DNA of 36,934 nt, counting the filler, from Candidatus Aminicenantales bacterium (GTDB taxonomy: Bacteria > Acidobacteriota > Aminicenantia > Aminicenantales > Saccharicenantaceae), in the NCBI GenBank assembly GCA_049512315.1. It is 8 parts of 8 records of this genome, joined end to end, with 100 filler letters (N's around TTAATTAATTAA, not from the genome) between each part and the next. Parts side by side here need not be neighbours in the genome. Positions count along the whole stretch, not along the records: positions 8,194 to 12,464 come from JBEKXF010000071.1; positions 12,565 to 16,812 come from JBEKXF010000072.1; positions 16,913 to 20,974 come from JBEKXF010000073.1; 5 more parts are not named here. One strand, written 5' to 3'. The translations under genes and the position numbers were made by a program. Positions 11,501 through 18,295 of the stretch are shown piece after piece. The notes beneath the pieces are model-generated. The model was not told the DNA's origin and made no database searches. It saw only the letters and a list, made by a program, of their open reading frames with translations. Position 1 is the stretch's first letter; every line of letters begins with the position of its first letter.

Positions 11501-11705
11501 CCTCCCCGCCCAAGCCATCGTCGACTTCCGGCTGGAGAAAACCTTCAAGATGCCCAGGTACGGGTCCCTCAACTTCATCATCGACGTCTTCAATCTCTTC
11601 AACTCGAACACGCCGAACAGCATCGAATACCAGTATCCATTCGGCTCGGTCCGCGGGGTCCTGACCCCCCGGACCTTCCGCCTGAGCTTCATGTACCAGT
11701 TCTAG
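8553..11705 (+). CDS. TonB-dependent receptor (Oar-like) with N-terminal carboxypeptidase-regulatory-like domain
   Basis: Signal peptide, GTITDDKGEPLPGVAV, plug segment (AVEEVRV..AEYGSFSGA.IDVLTKSGSNKFHG), DQWSV..NLGLRYD, SPRIGLTY and C-terminal PRTFRLSFMYQF. AGGAGG RBS. Confidence 0.9.
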   Translation: MTKKILIMTCVFALCLAFINVKVARAQSVLEGKITGTITDDKGEPLPGVAVELKGPSIMGKRSTVTSARGGYVFLNVPPGIFTLTATMPGFKTFIREDLNLGAGKVLDVNPALQIGAIEESVTVVGASPIVDVKTSTVDSRLEKELIARLPTSRDAFYDLSLTTPGMYDHGSSAGWLPSPTAYSSASNENVFLVNGVNATNPRGASFGPLVHVNYNAVEEVRVVALGSKAEYGSFSGAAIDVLTKSGSNKFHGNAAFYYVPVSWEKSNAPGLSETYGTSWLSINPDVLLYSGHPNHNYEANATFGGPILKDKVWFFGAFDYNNGAEPGALGPTVTSHSWGRYIDAKLSAEPFKNQRAWFAYHNEGNSYDGGSWGSQPFWDPTASYGVRSKNNTVSAQWQWLPLSTTIVTAKYLGFMTNDTPFLPSERPSNPLFFNWWKWCPNFGIEGAFPWIEGWHSNRQTVQADVSHYAENFLGEHDLKFGAQWTRGRSNSLGGYFQNYYNSLYPYRYTQSIAYMQSWYGDTGLIFFNNHVVRNPFLTVGTSDSLAFFLDDQWSVSKRFTVNLGLRYDHMSAKYGHGSEYAPLASPEDIANPTVIRTRADSPDIFNFKTWSPRIGLTYQLTKDAKTAARASYGRYYLPITVEYLRRLGPDLPIATNHYTRYEVPWSLADANGDGFIDAAETYNTSRYVAQGILDGSLTPIYSEVITSDQSYTLNVANNLKDQYTDQFTFNLEREIFKDFSVSATFIYKHSSHLFANIPVLGATPPNTALGLQQGDIWPYDRKPSTTLDGTSVDLYSIKVLDYNGDGVVNGLDVAWIGSHSGSQVMNLDSPEVQDLIGSKAKRDFTGYQLVFNKRYSNRWQALASLLFSNSTGFGDRVFAQDMNFEGPMVTDNNFMGSMNYTINNLTGTLPFTPKFELKISGSYTIPKVELDLGLRFRMHTGRPVWELQSLNEISQWNYGSTPADAVVEGGVGTIVGVSKPHYLPAQAIVDFRLEKTFKMPRYGSLNFIIDVFNLFNSNTPNSIEYQYPFGSVRGVLTPRTFRLSFMYQF

Positions 11706-11730
11706 GTCCGAGCGCAGAATCTGATCTCCG

Positions 11731-11768
11731 GGGCTCGGAGGGCGAAAGCCCTCCGAGCCCTTTTCTTT
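11731..11768 (+). terminator. Rho-independent terminator
   Basis: Perfect 13-bp stem GGGCTCGGAGGGC/GCCCTCCGAGCCC with a GAAA loop, followed by TTTTCTTT. Confidence 0.9.
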
Positions 11769-11832
11769 CGCCCGCTGCGGCCTGTATTGTGGAATCCCTC
11801 CGAATCCGCTAGATTAAAGGAAGAGGAGAACC

Positions 11833-12464
11833 ATGAAGATAAGACACGTCCCCGCGGTGGCGGTCGTCCTGCTCGCGCTGGCCTTCCCCCCAGCCCTTCC
11901 GGCCCAGGCGAAGATCGGCCCTCCCGAACGCTTCCGCAAGTGGCTCGACGAGGAGGTCGTCTATATCATCACGTCGCACGAGCGCGACGTCTTCCTGCAC
12001 CTCCGGACCGACAAGGAACGGGACATGTTCATCGAGGCCTTCTGGAAACAGAGGGACCCCACCCCCGAGACGCCGCGGAACGAGTTCCGCGAGGAGCATT
12101 ACCAACGCCTGAAATACGCCAACGATTACTACGGCCGGAGCTCCTCCGTGCCCGGCTGGATGACCGACCGGGGCCGAACCTATATCATCCTGGGCCCGCC
12201 GAAGACCGTCGAGTCCTTCTCCGATGTCCAAAATGTCTATCCCGTCGAGATCTGGTCCTACCTCGGCGATCCTTCCGTCGGATTGCCGACGGCCTTCAAC
12301 GTCATTTTTTTTAAAAGGAACGGGATCGGGGATTATATCTTTTACTCACCTTCCCAGGACGGTCCCGAGAGCCTGCTCACCGACGCTTTTATCAGTGGCG
12401 AGGACCCCGAGAAAGCCTACCAGACGCTCAAAAAGTACGAGCCGAACCTGGCCTTCCAAGTCCT
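11833..12464 (+). CDS. GWxTD domain-containing protein; 3' partial
   Basis: Signal peptide, KWLDEEVVYII, FWKQRDPTPET..NEFREEHY.R and GWMTDRGRTYIILGPP. Confidence 0.9.
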
Positions 12465-12564
12465 NNNNNNNNNNNNNNNNNNNNNNNNNNNNNNNNNNNN
12501 NNNNNNNNTTAATTAATTAANNNNNNNNNNNNNNNNNNNNNNNNNNNNNNNNNNNNNNNNNNNN
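12465..12564. other. Artificial contig linker
   Basis: N44-TTAATTAATTAA-N44. Confidence 0.98.
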
Positions 12565-12990
12565 ATGCACGCCACCAAGGCGGCCGTCGAGGAGGGCATC
12601 GTCCCCGGCGGCGGCGTGGCCCTGCTCCGCGCCCAGAAAGTGCTCGAAAAGCTCCAGCTCGAAGGCGACATGCAGATCGGCGTCAACATCGTCCGCCGGG
12701 CCATCGAGGAGCCCCTCCGCCAGATCGCATCCAACGCCGGCTTCGAAGGCTCTGTGGTCGTCGAGAAGGTCAAGGAGATGAAGCCGGAATTCGGCTTCAA
12801 CGCCCTGTCCGAGAAGTACGAGGACATGATCAAGGCGGGCATCCTCGACCCGACGAAGGTCGTCCGGATCGCCCTCCAGAACGCAACCTCCATTGCCGGC
12901 CTGCTCCTGACCACCGAAGGCATGATTGCCGAGATCCCCGAAGAAGATAAGCACTCCAAGTACCCGACATCTCCTGGCGACATGTACTGA
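12565..12990 (+). CDS. groEL: Chaperonin GroEL, C-terminal part (5' partial)
   Basis: [28 protein letters not shown] and [26 protein letters not shown]. Confidence 0.97.
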   Translation: MHATKAAVEEGIVPGGGVALLRAQKVLEKLQLEGDMQIGVNIVRRAIEEPLRQIASNAGFEGSVVVEKVKEMKPEFGFNALSEKYEDMIKAGILDPTKVVRIALQNATSIAGLLLTTEGMIAEIPEEDKHSKYPTSPGDMY

Positions 12991-13013
12991 TCGCTCCCCG
13001 AGTGAACGCACCC

Positions 13014-13048
13014 AAGCCCCGGGCGGTCCCCCGCCCGGGGCTTTTTTT
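13014..13048 (+). terminator. Rho-independent terminator of groEL
   Basis: AAGCCCCGGGCGG-tccc-CCGCCCGGGGCTT running into a T tract. Confidence 0.9.
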
Positions 13049-13269
13049 ATGGGTTTGACCCCTTCTTATGATATATTGAGGCGCGGCGGTCCATGCTGAA
13101 GATCTTCGACCGGTGTGGACGGAGAGGCAGGAGTGCCGCCGTGAGCGTATCCCATGTTAGCCCCCCTTCACCCTGGATGACCAGTCAGAACGCTTGAGAA
13201 ATCCCCCAAAAAAACGGTGGACCGTCTCCCCTCTGGCCCCAGGAAAAAGAACCGCTTATGGGCCTTCCC

Positions 13270-13347
13270 CGGCCGGACTATGTATTTCCCGACCCGCTCG
13301 GCCTCGTCTTTCGTCTTGGCCCGCACCCGGCTGTGGACATTGAAGCC
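13270..13347 (-). pseudogene. Short fragment of an IS91-family (Y2) transposase
   Basis: Minus strand reads GFNVHSRVRAKTKDEAERVGKYIVRP, resembling the GFxVH....erl.rY..Rp catalytic-Tyr region of IS91-type transposases. Confidence 0.55.
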
Positions 13348-13407
13348 GCAACTCGTAGTCTCTCAGGATTTTGGGGAGAGGGTTTAGGGGCGTTTTAAGG
13401 GGATAAA

Positions 13408-15017
13408 TTAGCGCCCGGATCTGAGGGGAATGCCGACGACGCCGCCATCGGCGATAAATTCCATCATCTCGCGCTCGCAGTCCACCAACTCATCTTTGGC
13501 CTGCAACTCTTTTTCTCGTTCGAGGTCCGGGTGCTCGTGCCTCTGGACGACGAGTCCTGGCGTTGGCTGCCTGGAGGCCATCCCCTTGCACACATGGTAG
13601 ATCGCCCCCGCCGCAGCCGAGGCCACGTCGTCGTTGGCGTTCTTCGGGTGATCGATCCTCTCGGCGCCGCTGGGCAGCGTCTGGAGCTCGAGCCGCTTCA
13701 GCTGATCAATCAGCTTTTTATTGTCCAGAAGGACAACGGCCCCGGCCTGGAGGAGGGCCTTCAGCTTCAGGTAGAACTCGGTGGTATTGGCCTTGCTCTG
13801 GTTCAGGGCGATCCTGTGCCGCCTGAGCTGGCTCTCGAGCGAGGCGAAGGCGTACCTGTCGCCCCAGCATTCTCCGATGCCGTATTTCTGGAGGAGGCCG
13901 GCGTATTCTTCCACAACCTGGACGAAGTCGAACGGGGGCGCGTTTTCGCGGACAAGGTCGAGATAGACTACTTCATCGAAGGCATGGGCGATGGCCAGTG
14001 TCATACTGTCCGTTTTGCCCGCCGATGCGTCGATGAAGGCATGATATCTAACGCCCTTTTCGGGTGGCCCTTCCTTGCCTGTCGCCGCAGCCCGGATCTT
14101 CTCCTCGTCGAATAGCGCCCCGGCATCGTCCCGGAAAACGGCCTCGTATTCCGCCCTGCACCGTTCGGGGTCCCTTTCCATGTCCCGGGCGATCTTCCTG
14201 TCCGAGAAGGTCGGGTTCAGGAGCTTCGTAGGGGCCTTGAAGACGAGCGTGTCGGCGTCGTCACGCCCCCAGAACTTCTCATGGAGCGCCCAGAGCGAAC
14301 CCGTCTTCCTGTTCGGGCTCGAAATGCCTATCAGCCTGCCGCCCGGGATTATCGAGGGCGTCAGGGCCGAAATGAGCTCGTCAACGTTGTCGTTCGGGAA
14401 GAAAGCCACCTCGTCCAGGACGACCAGGGCCAGACGCCAGCCCCTGACCGACCTGAAGTCCGACGCCTTGACCGCGATGTGCGCCCCGTTGACGAGGTCG
14501 AGCTCGTCGTTCGTCTCACGCTTGACCAGCCTTTGGAAGGGCTTGAGGAACCGCTTGATGTTGCCGAAGACGATGCCCGCCTGCTCCCGCGTGTCGGCCA
14601 GGCAGAAGATGTTCCACTGCTCGCCAGGGCCCACCTTCTTCTCCCAGCCGCCCAGGGCCGCCTCGTAGGCGGCCACGAAGCCCATGGTCGTGGACTTCCC
14701 GCCCTGCCTCCCCGCGATGATGAAAACCTCCTCGTAGCCCCCGGGGTGGGGATGGGACCTGCGCCGGTGCATGCCCTGAAGACTTCGAGCTCGGGAGGGG
14801 CAAGCGGAAGGCCGTAAATCGCCTTCAGGCACACCACCCAGTTCGACCAGGTCGAAGGATCGTGGAACTGCTTCCCGAAGGCCCGCTTGTCGAACATGGC
14901 CTCAATAATGTTTCCGGGGCAAGTCTTTTCGCTGTGGCGGACGCAGAACGGCTCGCCCCGCAGGGCCTTCATGCCGCAGGGACCGCCGTCAGCACGGAGC
15001 GCTTGGCACTGGGCCAT
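13408..15017 (-). pseudogene. Phage terminase large subunit with N-terminal CCCH Zn finger; one frameshift near 14763 (pseudogene or sequence error)
   Basis: Walker A GRQGGKST, Walker B LVVLDEVAF, ISSP motif, and nuclease FIDAS and NDDVASA. The N-terminal part (MAQCQALRADGGPC..FCVRH..W.NW..CLKAIYGLPL..FRACTG) is in a different frame and joins at ACCGGCGC. Confidence 0.8.
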
Positions 15018-15025
15018 CAGCGAAC

Positions 15026-15613
15026 TCAGTCTCCCTGCAGTATCGCCCTCACGTCGGGGGGCAGGGCAAAGGGCCGCATGACCTTGGCCTCCACAAGTTT
15101 GTCCAACTGGGCCTTGATCGCCAGGAGGTCCCTTCTCGGCCGCAGTTCCCTGACGGAGATGACCCGCCGCTGCTCCTTCAGATAGCCCGGGTGGCAGCCA
15201 TCCTGCATCCTTTCAACGGCCTCCTTGATGACCAGCCTCTGCACCCAAACCAAAGGGTCGTCGATATCCACCGGCGCAAGCCTGGGGACCCCCCGGTATG
15301 CCGAGACGCTCTCCTGGTTTATTCTCATCGTTTGGTGCTCATAGGCCTCGTTCACGATTTCCAGGATCCAGCGGCCCTCCCACGATGGGGGAGGGGTCCA
15401 TTTCGCGTTGACCTTGTGGGTCACGCTGCCGTCCTTCTCGAAAACAATCCGGCTGTAGCGGGCATAGCTCGTCGTGGGTGCGATCGAATGGATCCGCTTC
15501 GTCTCGCCCGGGCCGAGCCTCAGCATCTCCTTCCTGTACTCCAGGACGATCTTTTCCCCGTCGGTCTTGTTTATCAGTTCCGTTTCAAATAAATCATTCG
15601 GGTTGATTTCCAT
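15026..15613 (-). CDS. Hypothetical phage-like protein (paralog of 15783..16307)
   Basis: 195-aa ORF with AGGAG RBS, ending 8 nt before the terL start. Shares ETELIN.T, PG, RYSR and DGSV with its neighbour. Confidence 0.7.
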   Translation of the reverse strand: MEINPNDLFETELINKTDGEKIVLEYRKEMLRLGPGETKRIHSIAPTTSYARYSRIVFEKDGSVTHKVNAKWTPPPSWEGRWILEIVNEAYEHQTMRINQESVSAYRGVPRLAPVDIDDPLVWVQRLVIKEAVERMQDGCHPGYLKEQRRVISVRELRPRRDLLAIKAQLDKLVEAKVMRPFALPPDVRAILQGD

Positions 15614-15782
15614 TTGTTACTCCTAAAAGGGAATGGAGGGCGGGGCGGGAGCACGTTCCGTCAGGAGCGAACCGGGACACTCCCGTCCCGCCGCATTCTT
15701 TTGCTGCACCAGGCGATTGGAGAAGAGGAGCAGTTCGAATGAAGCCAGTTTCTGTCGCTTGTCATTTTGTGCCACGGTCAGT

Positions 15783-16307
15783 TCATCTCTCGTTTTCCGT
15801 CTTCACTAGAATCTCATTGAGCCTAGTGAGGTCCGCTTTATCGCGCTCGATCCAGTCGTCCCTGAGGCGCTCGCTCTCGTAGGCGTAGCCTGGGAAAGTC
15901 CTCGACTCAACCCATTCCGCGGTTACCGCGATGCGGAGCTCCTTGTAGACGACGAGCGGGGAGCTGGGCGGGCAGGACACGATGACCGGGATGCCGCGGG
16001 GGACGTGGACCTCGCCGATGCCCTCGAGCTCCCTGGTCTCCACGTCGTTGCCGTCGATGTTCCTGAACAAGATGGGCCAGTCCCCGACGGCCGCCGGGGG
16101 CATTTCGAAGCCGGGGCGCGGGGTCAGGACGACGCTGCCGTCGGGCGCCCACTCGACGCGCGAATATCGGCTGTAGAGGGTCTGGGGCGAGACGCTCTCA
16201 AGGGTCCTCTTGTTGCCCGGCAGTATGGCGAAAAGGGGCGGGCCCGTCCTGTCCCAGATTGTGACGGGCCTGCTAGTAGAGTTGATAAGTTCGGTTTCGT
16301 ATGTCAT
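15783..16307 (-). CDS. Hypothetical phage-like protein (paralog of 15026..15613)
   Basis: 174-aa ORF with GGAGG RBS. Shares ETELIN, Y.RYSR...DGSV, RG.P, PLV and PGY..E..R with its neighbour. Confidence 0.7.
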   Translation of the reverse strand: MTYETELINSTSRPVTIWDRTGPPLFAILPGNKRTLESVSPQTLYSRYSRVEWAPDGSVVLTPRPGFEMPPAAVGDWPILFRNIDGNDVETRELEGIGEVHVPRGIPVIVSCPPSSPLVVYKELRIAVTAEWVESRTFPGYAYESERLRDDWIERDKADLTRLNEILVKTENER

Positions 16308-16408
16308 TTTCGTTCCCTCCGCATAGACTAGGGGAAACGGATTCAGTTTCCAGGGGTTTTTATAAATCGTCGGGGGAAAAGGGGGGAGTTAGGGGTGCCT
16401 AAAGAGAA

Positions 16409-16431
16409 TGGAACCTCCGACCGGAGTCGAA
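16409..16431 (-). repeat. tRNA 3'-end fragment (putative att site)
   Basis: Minus strand TTCGACTCCGGTCGGAGGTTCCA reads as T-loop, T-stem 3' strand, acceptor 3' strand, discriminator and CCA. No D or anticodon arm lies upstream. Confidence 0.55.
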
Positions 16432-16520
16432 GTCCATGCGCCGCATGTTCAAATCAAACCGGGGAGTAGGTCGTTTGTATCGCCAATTCAAGGTAGGTCT
16501 GGTGGGTTGATGAGAGAAAA

Positions 16521-16595
16521 CTAGCTACCCGTCAGCCCGGCCAGCCGCTTCCTGGCGTCCGCAACCTCGGGCAGGCCAGGGTCGGCATCCTTCCA
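16521..16595 (-). pseudogene. 3'-terminal fragment of a kinase/TPR-type gene, cut by IS3
   Basis: Reads WKDADPGLPEVADARKRLAGLTGS* and begins exactly at the IS end. Confidence 0.65.
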
Positions 16596-16812
16596 TGTTC
16601 GTCGTCAGGCGGTTTCGGACTCGCGGGCTGATTTCTTAAGCTACGGATTCCGTCTCTCATGATATTTTAGCTGACGCCGTTTGGCAAGGCTTCAAGCATC
16701 GCCATCCGGTTCAACTCCCTCCGCATCTTCATGGTCTCCAGCCGGACCTTTTCCCTCTTTTTCAGGATCACGCAGTCCCTGCCGTAATACTTGTCTGCGG
16801 GGGTCACGTTGT
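16596..16812 (-). mobile_element. IS3-family transposase 3' end and right IR
   Basis: Reads NVTPADKYYGRDCVILKKREKVRLETMKMRRELN..* (stop 16667). Terminal TGTTCGTCGTCAGGCGGTTTCGGAC resembles the IR at 32535. Confidence 0.8.
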
Positions 16813-16912
16813 NNNNNNNNNNNNNNNNNNNNNNNNNNNNNNNNNNNNNNNNNNNNTTAATTAATTAANNNNNNNNNNNNNNNNNNNNNNNNNNNNNNNN
16901 NNNNNNNNNNNN
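16813..16912. other. Artificial contig linker
   Basis: N44-TTAATTAATTAA-N44. Confidence 0.98.
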
Positions 16913-17246
16913 CGGACCAGGGACCGGATGTACTCGGCCCCTGGGACTATCGACCCGTAAATCGTCGACGACTTTAGATACATGGCGGCACCTATCATAG
17001 CCCAAGGTGTCACCTATGTATCTGAACGAGCTCAACATGGGGTGCTTAACAGGAGACGGCTCGTGAATACAAGACCAGGGACCCGCTGGAGATATTGGCG
17101 CACACATGCGCGCGCTGGGGGATTCTCGGCGAGATCGGCCCGGTCTTAACCTCGGGAGGGGCCGAGGATAAGAACCTTGGGACCTCCCCGTAAGCTACTG
17201 CCAGGCCCCGTACTCCCCCGAAATCCCGATGGCCTACAGGTTCCGG

Positions 17247-17274
17247 CTTCAACTCTAAAGACCGGCCAGCCTCC
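17247..17274. repeat. 28-bp direct repeat, copy downstream of the DUF5829-like gene
   Basis: CTTCAACTCTAAAGACCGGCCAGCCTCC versus CTTCAACCCCAAAGACCGGCTAGCCTCC at 18224..18251 (25/28 identical). Confidence 0.8.
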
Positions 17275-17279
17275 CCCTC

Positions 17280-18185
17280 TCAGTCCTTTCCGAATATCCA
17301 AATCGCCGTGTACCCTTCTACAGTGAGACGAGCGTCCGGTCCGAACCTGTATTCGGCTCTCGGCTCGACGGCTCTCGTCAGCGTGCAGACAACCTTACGG
17401 ACCCGGTAAGTTGGGTTCGGCAGCGTGCTCACGAAGAACGTGAAGGTCCCCGCATGATACGCCCGCTTTCCGCGGTCTTCGGAGACGCCGTATCCGAGCG
17501 CCGTGACGAACCTATCGAAGGATACGCTTTCGGATGCGTCAAGCTCGAGATACACTTCCGAAAGATCATTGAAGAGCCTCGATTCGAAAGCTTTCTTCTG
17601 CTCAGATGTGGTGTACCGAGAGGCGTTGTAGCCGTGGCGATCGAACAGGCCGTCCTTCGTAAGTTCGATCTTGCGGAACTTGATATAGTCGCTGCGGAAA
17701 TCCATCAGCCAGGTGCTGAAAGCCCCCTTGTCGAGGGACTGAAGACGGATGCTGTCGAACCAAGGGATGCTGTCTTTGCCCTCGACTTTCGTCGATAGAT
17801 CGGAGAGCGTTTTCTCACCCGGCAAAGAGTCCAGTTTCCTTTTGATCGCTCCGCCGCTGCCCAGCCTCGAAGCGCTGAAACCGATCCCTGATGAGCCGTC
17901 CATGAGACCCTCGGAGCCGCCCGGCGCGAAGAGTTCTAGGTAACCGCGCCAGCCCATGAGGTAGGTTCCCGTCCAGCTCTCGCTGACAGTCTTGATAGTT
18001 TTCTGCTCGAACATGCTGAATTGTTCGGAGATGAACGCCGATTTGGCGATCGAATCGATCGTGTCCTTTTGAAGTGTCACATAAACATGGTTCAGCTCGA
18101 CCGACGGTTTGCCTGGCGTTTGTGCCCAGAGCGAGACCGCGAAGACCAAGACAGCTACGCAGACCGCGATGGCAATGCGTTTCAT
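17280..18185 (-). CDS. Secreted DUF5829-like protein
   Basis: Signal peptide MKRIAIAVCVAVLVFAVSLWA, then LNHVYVTL..T..SI..S.FI..F..FE..T...WTGTYLMG..YLELF, a pattern I recognise from DUF5829. AAGGAGG RBS. Confidence 0.65.
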   Translation of the reverse strand: MKRIAIAVCVAVLVFAVSLWAQTPGKPSVELNHVYVTLQKDTIDSIAKSAFISEQFSMFEQKTIKTVSESWTGTYLMGWRGYLELFAPGGSEGLMDGSSGIGFSASRLGSGGAIKRKLDSLPGEKTLSDLSTKVEGKDSIPWFDSIRLQSLDKGAFSTWLMDFRSDYIKFRKIELTKDGLFDRHGYNASRYTTSEQKKAFESRLFNDLSEVYLELDASESVSFDRFVTALGYGVSEDRGKRAYHAGTFTFFVSTLPNPTYRVRKVVCTLTRAVEPRAEYRFGPDARLTVEGYTAIWIFGKD

Positions 18186-18225
18186 GTCCCCCTCCTTCTT
18201 GGACTGAAAACCTATATTAAGGCCT

Positions 18226-18295
18226 TCAACCCCAAAGACCGGCTAGCCTCCGCTTGGCGTCCGCAACCTCGGGCAGGCCGGGGTCGGCGTCCTTC
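18226..18295 (-). repeat. Orphan kinase/TPR-type 3' tail relic directly after the kinase stop codon
   Basis: Reads KDADPGLPEVADAKRRLAGLWG*. 18255..18295 is 39/41 identical to 16553..16593. Confidence 0.8.

Noticed and set aside
12940..12990. GroEL lacking the GGM-repeat tail
   Set aside because: Pro-containing ..GDMY tails are a common variant and not notable.
16380..16480. Complete tRNA gene
   Set aside because: Only the 3' 23 nt are tRNA-like. There is no D arm, anticodon arm or 5' acceptor strand.
17247..18295. Integron attC sites or a CRISPR array
   Set aside because: The repeats are coding-derived direct repeats without RYYYAAC/GTTRRRY palindromic structure or regular spacers. No intI or cas gene is present.
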